NCBI GenBank assembly: GCA_965224755.1
Contig: OZ245061.1
Location: 2,247,612 to 2,311,611 of the forward strand
Reading direction: 5' to 3'
Length of the DNA: 64,000 bases
DNA from: Hellea sp.
GTDB lineage: Bacteria > Pseudomonadota > Alphaproteobacteria > Caulobacterales > Maricaulaceae
Made by a program: the position numbers and the translations under genes. The notes beneath the pieces were generated by a model that saw only the letters and a program-made list of their open reading frames with translations, was not told the origin of the DNA and ran no database searches. Of the stretch, positions 19,005-27,537 are shown piece after piece (the stretch's first letter is position 1; every line of letters starts with the position of its first letter).

Positions 19005-21026
19005 GTGTCTTTTTTTAAGAAAAATAAATCAAAATCGAAAAAGGCTAAAATTCCGCCGAAACCAGATCAAACTACGCTGGAACGCGAAATCGCGGCCATG
19101 AATCAAGATTTGAATCTTGACCAACAACTCGAAGAGCTCACAGCAAAACTCAATATCGACCCTGATAGGCCTGTGACCGCAGAAGCCCTCGCGTCAAAAC
19201 CAATTATAGACGAAGGCGCAGCAGAAACATCCCCCGGTATTGGCGGCGTTAGTTTTGTCAAAGACAGCCTTGCTGATTTCGTTCCCCCGTCATTTTCCGC
19301 CAGCCTTGCAAATGCGGCGGGCAATATCGACGTCACGCCTAAAGATGACCATATTGATAAGCTTATCAGCGAATCCCGGCAAATGGTCAGCCCGGCGAGC
19401 GCGCACGTGCCGCAGGCCCAAACACCGGACGACTTACCCCCGGCCTTTATACCCGACCCTTCCCTCGCAAGCCCGGGCCGGCTGGACATTGGCGTGATGC
19501 GCACGGACGTCGCTAAAATCAGCGCCGATATCCAGAGCGGAGAAGAATTATACCGCCGTGCCCTACAGCGTGTTGAAGGCCTTATGGGGCTTGTCGAAAA
19601 AGCCGAGATTGATTTTTCTGTCCTCAACCGGCTGGAACCAGAAAACCGCCGACTGAAAGCCCGCTTGCGGACTGTTCAAGGCGATATTGAAGCAAAAAAG
19701 AACAAGCTCTCTGTGGTTATGGCGGATCTGGAAGATCATCAGGATCGCCTCGCCGAAAAAACCGCGCAATATGAAACCGCGCGCGAGCGGCTAACGGTTA
19801 CCACAAAATCTTTGCAGGAATATGAGCGGGATTTAAAGAAAACCAAATCCGAGGCCGAGCGTTATGTTCTGGCGGTTGAACGGCAAAAAACAGCTTTGAG
19901 CGTCGAGGCCCGCGAGAATAAAATCCTGCGCGAGAAACTCTCCGAAATTTCCGAAGCTTTGCAAACCCGCCAAGCCGATTACCTCGAAGCCAAGAAAATG
20001 GCCGAGAGCCTGAAAACCGATTGCGGGGATTATCGCGATCAGGCCGATACTTTGCGCGCCGAGGTTAATGATTTGCGTATCGCGCTCTCTGCCGCCAAAA
20101 AACAGAATAACGCGATGAAGGGCGAAATGCTGTCGCTTCATGAAGATATCAAAAACTTTAAAACCCAATATGAGTTTAACGTTATCAACCGCGAAGACCA
20201 AGTTACGGACTTGGAATCCCAGCTTGCATTCCTCGCTAAAGAAGTTGACGCCAAGGAAGAGGTCGCCCGTCAGGCCAGCGAGGACGCGGCCCGGCTAAGA
20301 CAGGTTCGCAATCAGCAGGATATCGAACGCGACCGCCTTGAAAAACAACTGCAAGCGAGCATAGCTGAAGTACAGGACGTTACCCGCCTGTCCGGCGAAA
20401 AGTCCGCGCATAAGCTTTCCGCGCTACAAAATGACGTTGCAGGATTACAAGCGGAGCTCGATCAACGCGGAGAGATGGCCAACCAGAGCAGCCGCGAAAA
20501 CGAAGATCTACGCCGCGAGATACGCCGTCTTGAGATAGACGGCGAACAATTAAATGCCAGACTGCAAACACAGGCGGGACAGATGGAAACCCTGCAAAAC
20601 AGCAGCCCTGTCGCCGCCCTCGAAGCCAAGATCGGCGAGCTGACCAAAGACCTTCAGATTAAAACTGAAATCGTGCAAAATGCTGCGCGTGATGTAACCG
20701 ACCTCCGCCAAATGAACCAGAAACAAGATGAAGGACGCAAACGCCTTGAAAAGCTGATCGAAACCCAGACTTACCAGCTTAAAACCGCTGAAGATGAACT
20801 GCTGCGTTCCAAACATGATACCAGCGAACTTGACCAACGTTATAAAGATGTCGCCGCCGCCCTCTCCATGGCGCAAACTCGCCGCTCCGCCGAAGGCACG
20901 GCGGAAACGCCCGACATCCACCCGCACAGCGAAACCTTCAGCCGGGACTATGACGGCCTGTCAGATACAGATATCGAAGACCGAATCATGGATTACAAAC
21001 TTGGCCTGCGAAAAGATATTGTTTAG
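19005..21026 (+). CDS. Large coiled-coil protein of unknown function
   Basis: 673 aa with a GTG start; an alternative ATG lies at codon 32. Basic N-terminus KKNKSKSKKAK, a Pro-rich linker, then several hundred residues rich in E/K/R/Q/L with heptad character. Acidic C-terminus. No TM helix seen. Confidence 0.7.
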   Translation: MSFFKKNKSKSKKAKIPPKPDQTTLEREIAAMNQDLNLDQQLEELTAKLNIDPDRPVTAEALASKPIIDEGAAETSPGIGGVSFVKDSLADFVPPSFSASLANAAGNIDVTPKDDHIDKLISESRQMVSPASAHVPQAQTPDDLPPAFIPDPSLASPGRLDIGVMRTDVAKISADIQSGEELYRRALQRVEGLMGLVEKAEIDFSVLNRLEPENRRLKARLRTVQGDIEAKKNKLSVVMADLEDHQDRLAEKTAQYETARERLTVTTKSLQEYERDLKKTKSEAERYVLAVERQKTALSVEARENKILREKLSEISEALQTRQADYLEAKKMAESLKTDCGDYRDQADTLRAEVNDLRIALSAAKKQNNAMKGEMLSLHEDIKNFKTQYEFNVINREDQVTDLESQLAFLAKEVDAKEEVARQASEDAARLRQVRNQQDIERDRLEKQLQASIAEVQDVTRLSGEKSAHKLSALQNDVAGLQAELDQRGEMANQSSRENEDLRREIRRLEIDGEQLNARLQTQAGQMETLQNSSPVAALEAKIGELTKDLQIKTEIVQNAARDVTDLRQMNQKQDEGRKRLEKLIETQTYQLKTAEDELLRSKHDTSELDQRYKDVAAALSMAQTRRSAEGTAETPDIHPHSETFSRDYDGLSDTDIEDRIMDYKLGLRKDIV

Positions 21027-21192
21027 AGCCGAAAACCGCTTGCAAGCTGTATATCTCTCTATATAAGCCGCGACTTCACCGGATGCGGTCTGATTGTTTC
21101 CTTTGGCGTGGTGCCAAATAGCCCTCAGAGCCATCGCCGAAAGCCCACCTTCATGGGCCTAAGCGCCGCGTCCATTAAAATGAAGGACTATT

Positions 21193-21555
21193 ATGTCTCT
21201 CTACGAGCACGTGGTTATTACACGTCCGGATGTTTCAACGGCGCAAGTCGAAGAATTCACCCAAAACCTAGCCACCAAAATTGAAAATATGGGCGGCACT
21301 GTCGAAGGCGCCGAATATTGGGGTTTGCGCAATCTGGCTTACCGGATGCAGAAAAACCGCAAAGCCCATTACAGCCTGCTGAAAATCAACTCCAATTCCG
21401 ACACGATTCACGAAATCGAGCGCCAACACCGTATTAATGAAGATATTCTTCGCTATATGAGCGTTCGTGTTGACGAGTTTTCCGAAGACCCGTCACCTAT
21501 TTTGAAAAAACGTGAAGAGCGCAAACAGCGCCGCGACTTCAATAAGAGGGATTAG
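21193..21555 (+). CDS. rpsF: 30S ribosomal protein S6
   Basis: 120 aa starting MSLYEHVVITRPD. Sits in the rpsF-rpsR-rplI operon. Confidence 0.95.
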   Translation: MSLYEHVVITRPDVSTAQVEEFTQNLATKIENMGGTVEGAEYWGLRNLAYRMQKNRKAHYSLLKINSNSDTIHEIERQHRINEDILRYMSVRVDEFSEDPSPILKKREERKQRRDFNKRD

Positions 21556-21558
21556 ACC

Positions 21559-21822
21559 ATGGCCGTAAAAACCAAAATCAAGATCGAAAACCTGCCAAGC
21601 CGCACGAGCTTTCGCCGTCGCCGCAAGGTCTGTCCTTTCTCCGGCGATAACGGCATTGCGATTGATTATAAAGATCCGAAAATGCTGGCCCGTTATATGT
21701 CTGAAAAAGGCAAAATCGCGCCATCCCGCATCACCGCAGTTTCGCATAAGAAGCAACGTAAATTGGCCCAAGCCATCAAACGCGCACGCTTTCTTGGCCT
21801 GCTGCCTTATGAAGTGAAGTAA
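21559..21822 (+). CDS. rpsR: 30S ribosomal protein S18
   Basis: 87 aa. [10 protein letters not shown] ... [17 protein letters not shown]. Confidence 0.95.
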   Translation: MAVKTKIKIENLPSRTSFRRRRKVCPFSGDNGIAIDYKDPKMLARYMSEKGKIAPSRITAVSHKKQRKLAQAIKRARFLGLLPYEVK

Positions 21823-21831
21823 GGAACCGTC

Positions 21832-22479
21832 ATGGAAATCATACTTTTAGAACGTATTGAGAAACTCGGCGCCATGGGCGACGTTGTTAACGTCAAGCCC
21901 GGCTTTGCCCGTAACTTCCTGCTGCCGCAGGAAAAAGCTCTGCGCGCAACCACGGCCAATCTGGCCCGTTTCGAAGCCCAGCGCGACTATCTTGAAGCGC
22001 GCAATGCTGAAAACCGCGAAAATGCGGAAGAAGGCGGCAAGAAACTGGACGGCACTAACGTTATCATCATCCGCAATGCCGGGGATACAGGCCAGCTTTA
22101 CGGCTCTGTCTCTGCCCGTGATATTGCTGAAGATTTAAAAGACAAAGGCATCAAGCGTAATATGGTCGTGCTCGAACAACCGATCAAAAAACTCGGCCTA
22201 CACGAGGTGAAAGTCAAACTTCATCCCGAAGTCTCGATCATGATTACGGTCAATGTCGCCCGCACCAAAGATGAAGCCGAACGTCAAGCCAAAGGCGAAG
22301 ACGTTATCGCTACGCAGCAAGCTGAAGAGCGCGCCGATACGAACGAAGCCAATGCCGAACGGGCAGCTGTCGCCGTCTCGATGTTCGAAGGCGACGCCCC
22401 GGACGAGTTCATCGCGCCGAAAGAGGCTGATGAAGCCGAAGCCGAAACGTCTACCAAAGCTAAAGGCGAAGAAGAGTAG
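21832..22479 (+). CDS. rplI: 50S ribosomal protein L9 with an acidic C-terminal extension
   Basis: 215 aa starting [32 protein letters not shown]. Confidence 0.95.
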   Translation: MEIILLERIEKLGAMGDVVNVKPGFARNFLLPQEKALRATTANLARFEAQRDYLEARNAENRENAEEGGKKLDGTNVIIIRNAGDTGQLYGSVSARDIAEDLKDKGIKRNMVVLEQPIKKLGLHEVKVKLHPEVSIMITVNVARTKDEAERQAKGEDVIATQQAEERADTNEANAERAAVAVSMFEGDAPDEFIAPKEADEAEAETSTKAKGEEE

Positions 22480-22500
22480 TCACTCTTCGATACCAAATGC

Positions 22501-22530
22501 AAAAGCCCCGTCAATGAGCGGGGCTTTTGT
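22501..22530 (+). terminator. Rho-independent terminator after rplI
   Basis: Perfect 10-bp stem aaaagccccg / cggggctttt with an 8-nt loop. The T-run sits at the 3' side. Starts 22 nt after the rplI stop. Confidence 0.8.
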
Positions 22531-22658
22531 CTGAAATCAGCGCTTATGAGGCAGATTTAAGTCTGGATTAAGCAGAGTGCAATCGCCTTCATTGATTTAT
22601 ATATTTCGACAGCTTGGCGTTATTGCGCTATAATTGCGACATCACGCAATCATGAGGG

Positions 22659-23334
22659 ATGAGCATGGACAACAGGCTTTTACAAAGACTTGCTATCTTT
22701 GGCATTATGGGCGGCGTTCTCATGTTGTTTGGAGATTTGTGTTTTTACATGACCGCAATTAGCGGAGAAGATTTTATCAACACGCCTGTGATGGCCAGCA
22801 TGTCAACACAGCGCCTTATCATTGGCGGCGTAGCCGGACCATTGGCCGGATTATTATACGCTCTAGGTGCCATGATATTTTATGTTGCATTTAGAGATTT
22901 TGACAAACGCTTGGCGCGCATTACGGCGGCATTATTTGTCATTATGTTTGTGGTTGGCGGGGCATATCATAGTATTTATACGACTTACGGATTCGTACCG
23001 GCAAACGATCTTAGTGAAATCAGCGATAAGATCAGCGCTCTTATTAATGCCCTGCAGCGCGTAAGTTTCGTTATTGGACTAGATCGGAGAAACTGCATCG
23101 TTTCTATTTATCTATATGGTACTGCGCTATAAAACCGTATTTCCAAAATGGATTATAATATTTACACCGACATTTTGGACATTGCTGAATGGGCCGATTG
23201 CGCCGTTTATCCCATATCCGGCGGGGAGTGTGATTATTGGTGGTTGGATTAATTTATGCTTTATTGCGTTTTTTACGCTGTGCGCTGTTCTGTTTTCAAA
23301 CGCGCATCACTCACCGAAGGTGGAAAAACAATAA
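22659..23334 (+). pseudogene. Multi-TM membrane protein split by a +1 frameshift near 23078..23085
   Basis: ORF 22659..23132 and ORF 23116..23334 are both hydrophobic. The second frame is already open from 23083 (IGETASFLFIYMVLRYKTVFPKW...), so the sense sequence continues from ...RVSFVIGL across a single-nt indel. AT-rich by eye. Confidence 0.55.
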
Positions 23335-23529
23335 AAGCCAAAATAATGAAACCACGTATTTGATGTTCGCCTATTTGGAGCCTGTGGTTGTTATCTTACT
23401 GCAACTGGCAGTCAAATATGGCCGTTGGCATGAACGCCTTATTGGCGTGAGCACGGGCAAAGTTGGCAATAAAAGGCAAAAATTTGAAAACCCTGCCTTC
23501 GAGCGAGGCTTTTTTATACCGTAGTGATT

Positions 23530-23775
23530 TTAGGCTTTCTTGGCTTGAATAATATGACCATCAATCGTTTTTGATCCGAGCAACCGCACGGCCTCGACCC
23601 GGTGCAGACCCTCTTGCAACACATAACGGTCCTTACCGAGCCGGACATAGATCGGGCTTTGCTGGCCGTTTTCCAGAATATCCTCGGCCAGCGCCATGAC
23701 CTTGTCCTCATCCAGCGTTCTTTTCTTGGCAGCCGTGACGTAAATCTTATCTAGCGGCACATCGACAATGCGCAT
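23530..23775 (-). CDS. Stand-alone ParB/sulfiredoxin-like N-terminal domain protein (81 aa)
   Basis: MRIVDVPLDKIYV ... ENGQQSPIYVRLGKDRYVLQEGLHRVEAVRLLG resembles the ParB N-domain core. There is no HTH or dimerisation region. Confidence 0.55.
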   Translation of the reverse strand: MRIVDVPLDKIYVTAAKKRTLDEDKVMALAEDILENGQQSPIYVRLGKDRYVLQEGLHRVEAVRLLGSKTIDGHIIQAKKA

Positions 23776-23838
23776 TGGCGTTCCTCCATCTTTTGCGCTA
23801 GACTAGCCCTCAAGCCCTTTCCCGGTAAAGAGGATATT

Positions 23839-24489
23839 ATGGAATTCGCCTTTCCGCCAGCAGACCCGGTCAGCCTCCAGATTGTAGGCAGCGAAGCACG
23901 ATTTCCTGTTCGCAGGATATATTGCGTCGGTAAAAATTACGCCGACCACGTCAAGGAAATGGGCGGCGATGCGGCCCGCTCCGAGCCCGTCTTTTTTACC
24001 AAAGCCGCCGAGACGATTGTCCAGAGCGGGGCCGATATCCCCTATCCGCCCAATACGGCAGAGCTGCATCATGAAGTCGAATTAGTCGTCGCCATAGGGC
24101 CAGATGGGGTATTTGGCTATGGCGTCGGCATTGATATGACCCGCCGCGATATTCAAGCTGCGGCCAAGAAAAAAGGCGGGCCTTGGGCGCGGGCCAAAAA
24201 TTTCCACCTCTCGGCCCCCTGCTCTGCCCTCACGCCCGCAGATAAGGTTGATCTCTCCAATGCCCATATTGTGCTGCGCAAGAACGGCGATATCGTGCAG
24301 CATTCGGCGCTGTCTAAAATGATCTGGTCAATAAAAGAAATCACCACCTACCTGCAAAAAGACATGGATCTACAAGCCGGAGACCTCATCTACACAGGAA
24401 CGCCCGAAGGCGTCGGCCCGGTCAGTGTTGGCGACGAGCTTTCAGGCGGCATAGAAGGCCTACAGCGTATCACGGTGCGGTTTACCTAG
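23839..24489 (+). CDS. Fumarylacetoacetate hydrolase family protein
   Basis: 216 aa. RIYCVGKNYADHVKEMG, HEVELVVAIG and GDLIYTGTPEGVGPV are typical of the FAH family. Confidence 0.85.
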   Translation: MEFAFPPADPVSLQIVGSEARFPVRRIYCVGKNYADHVKEMGGDAARSEPVFFTKAAETIVQSGADIPYPPNTAELHHEVELVVAIGPDGVFGYGVGIDMTRRDIQAAAKKKGGPWARAKNFHLSAPCSALTPADKVDLSNAHIVLRKNGDIVQHSALSKMIWSIKEITTYLQKDMDLQAGDLIYTGTPEGVGPVSVGDELSGGIEGLQRITVRFT

Positions 24490-24496
24490 ACTTCAT

Positions 24497-25150
24497 CTAT
24501 TCCGTCTTTGACTGTGCTGCGGCCAGCATAGCATCTACAATCCGCGCCGCCACTTCAAACACCTCATCAATACCCATTGTGCTAGTGTCGATCAGATGCG
24601 CGTCATTTGCGGGCTTTAGCGGCGCTTCGGCGCGGTTTTTATCGCGGGTATCACGCGCGATGAGTTGAGCAAGAACGGCCCCATAGCTGATGTCTTCGCC
24701 ATAACCCACCAGTTCAGTATGGCGGCGCTTGGCCCGTATTTCAGGGATAGCATCAACATAGAGTTTAACATCTGCATCCGGGCAGATAACAGTACCGATA
24801 TCTCTTCCGTCAAGCACCGCGCCTCCAAGAGGGTTATTATCTGCAAAATCACGCTGCAATTTAAGCAGCGCCGTGCGCACCTCAACATGCACCGCCACTT
24901 TTGACGCGGCAACGCCAACAGGGCCACTTTTAAGGGCGGGATCAGCCACATCCCCAGCGTCTATGGCGCGGGCGGCTTTGGCTCCATGCGTAGCCCGTGT
25001 CACATCACCGCCAGATTGCATCACAGCATAAGCGACAGCTCGATAAAGCTTGCCTGTATCGAGATAGCCAAACCCGTAATGCGCGGCCAATCGCTTGCCG
25101 AGTGTCCCTTTCCCGCTCGCAAATGTGCCGTCTATGGCGATAATTGTCAT
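24497..25150 (-). CDS. cmk: Cytidylate kinase
   Basis: 217 aa. IAIDGTFASGKGT P-loop. Overlaps aroA by 4 nt. Confidence 0.92.
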   Translation of the reverse strand: MTIIAIDGTFASGKGTLGKRLAAHYGFGYLDTGKLYRAVAYAVMQSGGDVTRATHGAKAARAIDAGDVADPALKSGPVGVAASKVAVHVEVRTALLKLQRDFADNNPLGGAVLDGRDIGTVICPDADVKLYVDAIPEIRAKRRHTELVGYGEDISYGAVLAQLIARDTRDKNRAEAPLKPANDAHLIDTSTMGIDEVFEVAARIVDAMLAAAQSKTE

Positions 25151-26568
25151 GTGATTTCAGCCCGCGATATATCTGCCCCGAGGCGCGCCATCACATCGAA
25201 AAAAGCCGGAAAGCTCGTCGCGATTGTCGCGCTATCATCTATCGTAATCGCCGTCTCTGCGTTTAGGCCAAGTACCAGCGCTGACATGGCGATGCGGTGG
25301 TCATGATGTGTCGCCACGGTCGCTCCGCCTGTAACCGTGCCGCCTTTGACGCTAAGCCCGTCATCATATTCTGTAACGTCAACGCCGTTATCTGCAAGCA
25401 AGGTCACCACCGCAGAAATACGGTCACTTTCCTTAACCCGCAATTCTTCAACCCCGCGCATCATCGTTGTCCCCGACGCATAGGCAGCGGCCACGGCGAG
25501 TACAGGATATTCATCAATCATCGATGGCGCGCGGGCGGGCGGAATGGTTACGCCGTGCAGCTTGGAATATTTGACATGTATATCAGCAATGATTTCTCCG
25601 CTTGACGTTCGGAAATTATCCGCACGCAAAAAACCGCCCATCTCTGACAAAGTTTCGAACAGGCCGGTGCGCGTCGGGTTCATCATAATATTTTCAATAA
25701 TGATATCCGAACCCGGAGTAATCAAACCAGCAACGATAAGAAACGCCGCCGAAGAAGGGTCGCCCGGCACAGTGACATTTGCGGCTTTGAGGACAACCGG
25801 GCCTTTAACGCTGATTTTCTGTCCTGTCCCCATGGGCAGAACCATAATATTTGCGCCGAAAGCTTTCAGCATATTTTCAGTATGATCGCGCGAGAGGGTC
25901 GGCTCCAAAACCGTCGTCATGCCATCTGTATTCAGCCCTGCCAGCAATATGGCGGATTTGACCTGAGCGCTGGCTTGCGGCGGGATATAATCTAAAGGGG
26001 CTAGTTCTCCGTCAGACTGCAAAGTGACAGGCAGACGGCCCCCATCTTGAGCTTCATAACGGATTCCCATCTCGGATAAGGGCTTGAGGATACGTCCCAT
26101 CGGGCGGCGCGACAGCGAGATATCGCCGATGAAGGTTACGCTCAGTCTATACCCCGCCGCAGCGCCCATGATCAGGCGCACTCCCGTCCCGGCATTGCCG
26201 CAATCAACCGGGCCATCAGGGGATTTGAAGCCTTCAGCGCCGCAACCGATAATCTGCCACGTACCGTCATTTTTTCGCGAGACCTGCGCGCCAAAATCCC
26301 GCATGGCAATAGCTGTGGAGAGAATATCCGCGCCTTCTAATAAGCCTGTAACCATGGTCGTACCTTCGGCCATAGCCCCCAAAATCAGAGCGCGGTGGGA
26401 AATGGATTTATCGCCCGGAGCCCGCACCGTGCCGTGCAGATTAATAGAAACCCGGCTACTCGCAGCTTGCGCCGTTACGGCTGTTGCATCTTCGCCGTTT
26501 TGCGGCGCGGGATTGTTTGTTTCAACCATGGAGGCTCTTTCCGCAGATATTGTCTGTTGACAGGACAA
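25147..26568 (-). CDS. aroA: 3-phosphoshikimate 1-carboxyvinyltransferase
   Basis: 473 aa. VRAPGDKSISHRALILG. The start may instead be the internal Met at 26529. Confidence 0.92.
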   Translation of the reverse strand: MSCQQTISAERASMVETNNPAPQNGEDATAVTAQAASSRVSINLHGTVRAPGDKSISHRALILGAMAEGTTMVTGLLEGADILSTAIAMRDFGAQVSRKNDGTWQIIGCGAEGFKSPDGPVDCGNAGTGVRLIMGAAAGYRLSVTFIGDISLSRRPMGRILKPLSEMGIRYEAQDGGRLPVTLQSDGELAPLDYIPPQASAQVKSAILLAGLNTDGMTTVLEPTLSRDHTENMLKAFGANIMVLPMGTGQKISVKGPVVLKAANVTVPGDPSSAAFLIVAGLITPGSDIIIENIMMNPTRTGLFETLSEMGGFLRADNFRTSSGEIIADIHVKYSKLHGVTIPPARAPSMIDEYPVLAVAAAYASGTTMMRGVEELRVKESDRISAVVTLLADNGVDVTEYDDGLSVKGGTVTGGATVATHHDHRIAMSALVLGLNAETAITIDDSATIATSFPAFFDVMARLGADISRAEIT

Positions 26569-26676
26569 ACGGGTTCGCTAAGACGCGCTTGTCCTGCCCG
26601 TATAGGCAGGTTTTACAGCCCCGTAATATCAGCGCAAGTGCTTTTCATATTTGCGCGCTTTTAGGAAAGTAGTGCC

Positions 26677-27129
26677 ATGGCGAAGGTTGATCTCGGTGAA
26701 AAACAGACATGTCCTGAATGTGAAGCCAAATTTTACGATTTGAAAAAAAATCCGGCAACCTGTCCTATGTGCCAACATAGTTTCAACCCGGCGGACCTTG
26801 AGCCCCAGACAATTTTGCCTCTCGCTCCGTTGGCGCCTGAAACCGATGCAGACGAAGACGATGACTCCAAAGAAAAAACCGAAACGGGTGAGGACGATGT
26901 CGACGAAGATGAAGCCGCCGCCAAAGAGCTGGAACTTGACGGTGACGATGCCGCTGTCATTGGCGGCGGAAGTGACGATGATGAGGATGATAAGCCTGAA
27001 TTTGACGGATTTAGTACCGATGATGAAGAGGACCAAGACGCCGCATTGGTAAATGATGATGACGAAAATGTCATGCCGCCGCCCGACGATGCAAAAGATG
27101 ACGAGGATGTGGAAGAAGTCGAAATCTAA
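26677..27129 (+). CDS. Zinc-ribbon protein with a long acidic tail (FYDLN-acid type, TIGR02300-like)
   Basis: 150 aa. CPECEAKFYDLKK...CPMC four-Cys ribbon followed by a D/E-rich tail. Confidence 0.8.
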   Translation: MAKVDLGEKQTCPECEAKFYDLKKNPATCPMCQHSFNPADLEPQTILPLAPLAPETDADEDDDSKEKTETGEDDVDEDEAAAKELELDGDDAAVIGGGSDDDEDDKPEFDGFSTDDEEDQDAALVNDDDENVMPPPDDAKDDEDVEEVEI

Positions 27130-27166
27130 TGTCTTGGTTGAATTCAGCTAAAGCGCGTTTGGTTTC

Positions 27167-27204
27167 TTGACCATTTTCTTGATTGACCATTTTCTCGATT
27201 GACT
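27167..27204 (+). repeat. 16-bp direct repeat (about 2.4 copies) carrying phased TTGAC motifs upstream of tRNA-Ala
   Basis: ttgaccattttcttga (27167..27182), ttgaccattttctcga (27183..27198), ttgact (27199..27204). A fourth TTGAC lies in the loop of the 8-bp hairpin gcgctgtg/cacagcgc (27208..27232). Confidence 0.7.
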
Positions 27205-27206
27205 TG

Positions 27207-27318
27207 GGCGCTGTGAATTGACTACACAGCGCTCACCTTTAGGGGGCCTTAGCTCAGCTGGTAGAGCGCTTCGCTGGCAGCGAAGAGGTCAGGGGTTCGA
27301 CTCCCCTAGGCTCCACCA
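27207..27318 (+). repeat. Repeat R1 copy 1: tRNA-Ala plus a 36-nt leader
   Basis: ggcgctgtgaattgactacacagcgctcacctttag plus the tRNA. It recurs at 30802..30914 with a handful of mismatches. Confidence 0.85.
27243..27318 (+). tRNA. tRNA-Ala (anticodon GGC), CCA encoded
   Basis: Manual cloverleaf over 76 nt. Acceptor GGGGCCT/AGGCTCC with the G3:U70 alanine identity pair. D stem GCTC/GAGC. Anticodon stem CTTCG/CGAAG with loop CTGGCAG. T stem AGGGG/CCCCT with loop TTCGACT. Discriminator A followed by CCA. Confidence 0.93.
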
Positions 27319-27466
27319 CCCCTCGCTTGCTAGGAACTTTGTTCGCGCTGAACCCTGATAGCCAAACATGCTCATTTTATGAGCGACTGAAGGTTGACCC
27401 AAAGCAGGAAACCTTTCAGTAGGCCGCTGCCTTTGAAGATTGCTATATGGGAAGCGGTTTATTGCA

Positions 27467-27486
27467 ATACCAATTTGAATTGGTAT
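27467..27486. promoter_or_regulatory. Candidate operator: perfect inverted repeat ATACCAAT-ttga-ATTGGTAT upstream of the symporter
   Basis: 8-bp arms at 27467..27474 and 27479..27486. Further TGGTA-type half sites lie at 27501..27507 (reverse) and 27520..27526. About 50 nt upstream of ATG 27538. Confidence 0.45.
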
Positions 27487-27537
27487 ATATACAAGTCAAA
27501 TTACCATAAACAAAAACAATGGTAGAGGGTTTAGGCA

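Noticed and set aside
21040-21067. Possible rpsF promoter: TTGCAA (21040..21045), 16 nt, TATAAG (21062..21067), and a possible S6/S18 leader structure in 21068..21192
   Set aside because: The hexamers are plausible but unverified, and I could not define a convincing conserved leader fold by eye. It needs a covariance-model search, so it is not reported as a feature.
23490-23515. Weak hairpin gccttcgagcgaggc followed by a T-run, as a terminator
   Set aside because: The stem is only 4-5 bp with a mismatch, and it lies about 150 nt from the nearest plus-strand stop. The evidence is insufficient.
26629-27074. Antisense and alternative-frame ORFs across the acidic tail of the zinc-ribbon gene, and the apparent GAT/GAA periodicity
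   Set aside because: This is low-complexity D/E coding sequence that opens other frames. There is no defined repeat unit, so it is neither a tandem repeat nor a CRISPR-like array.
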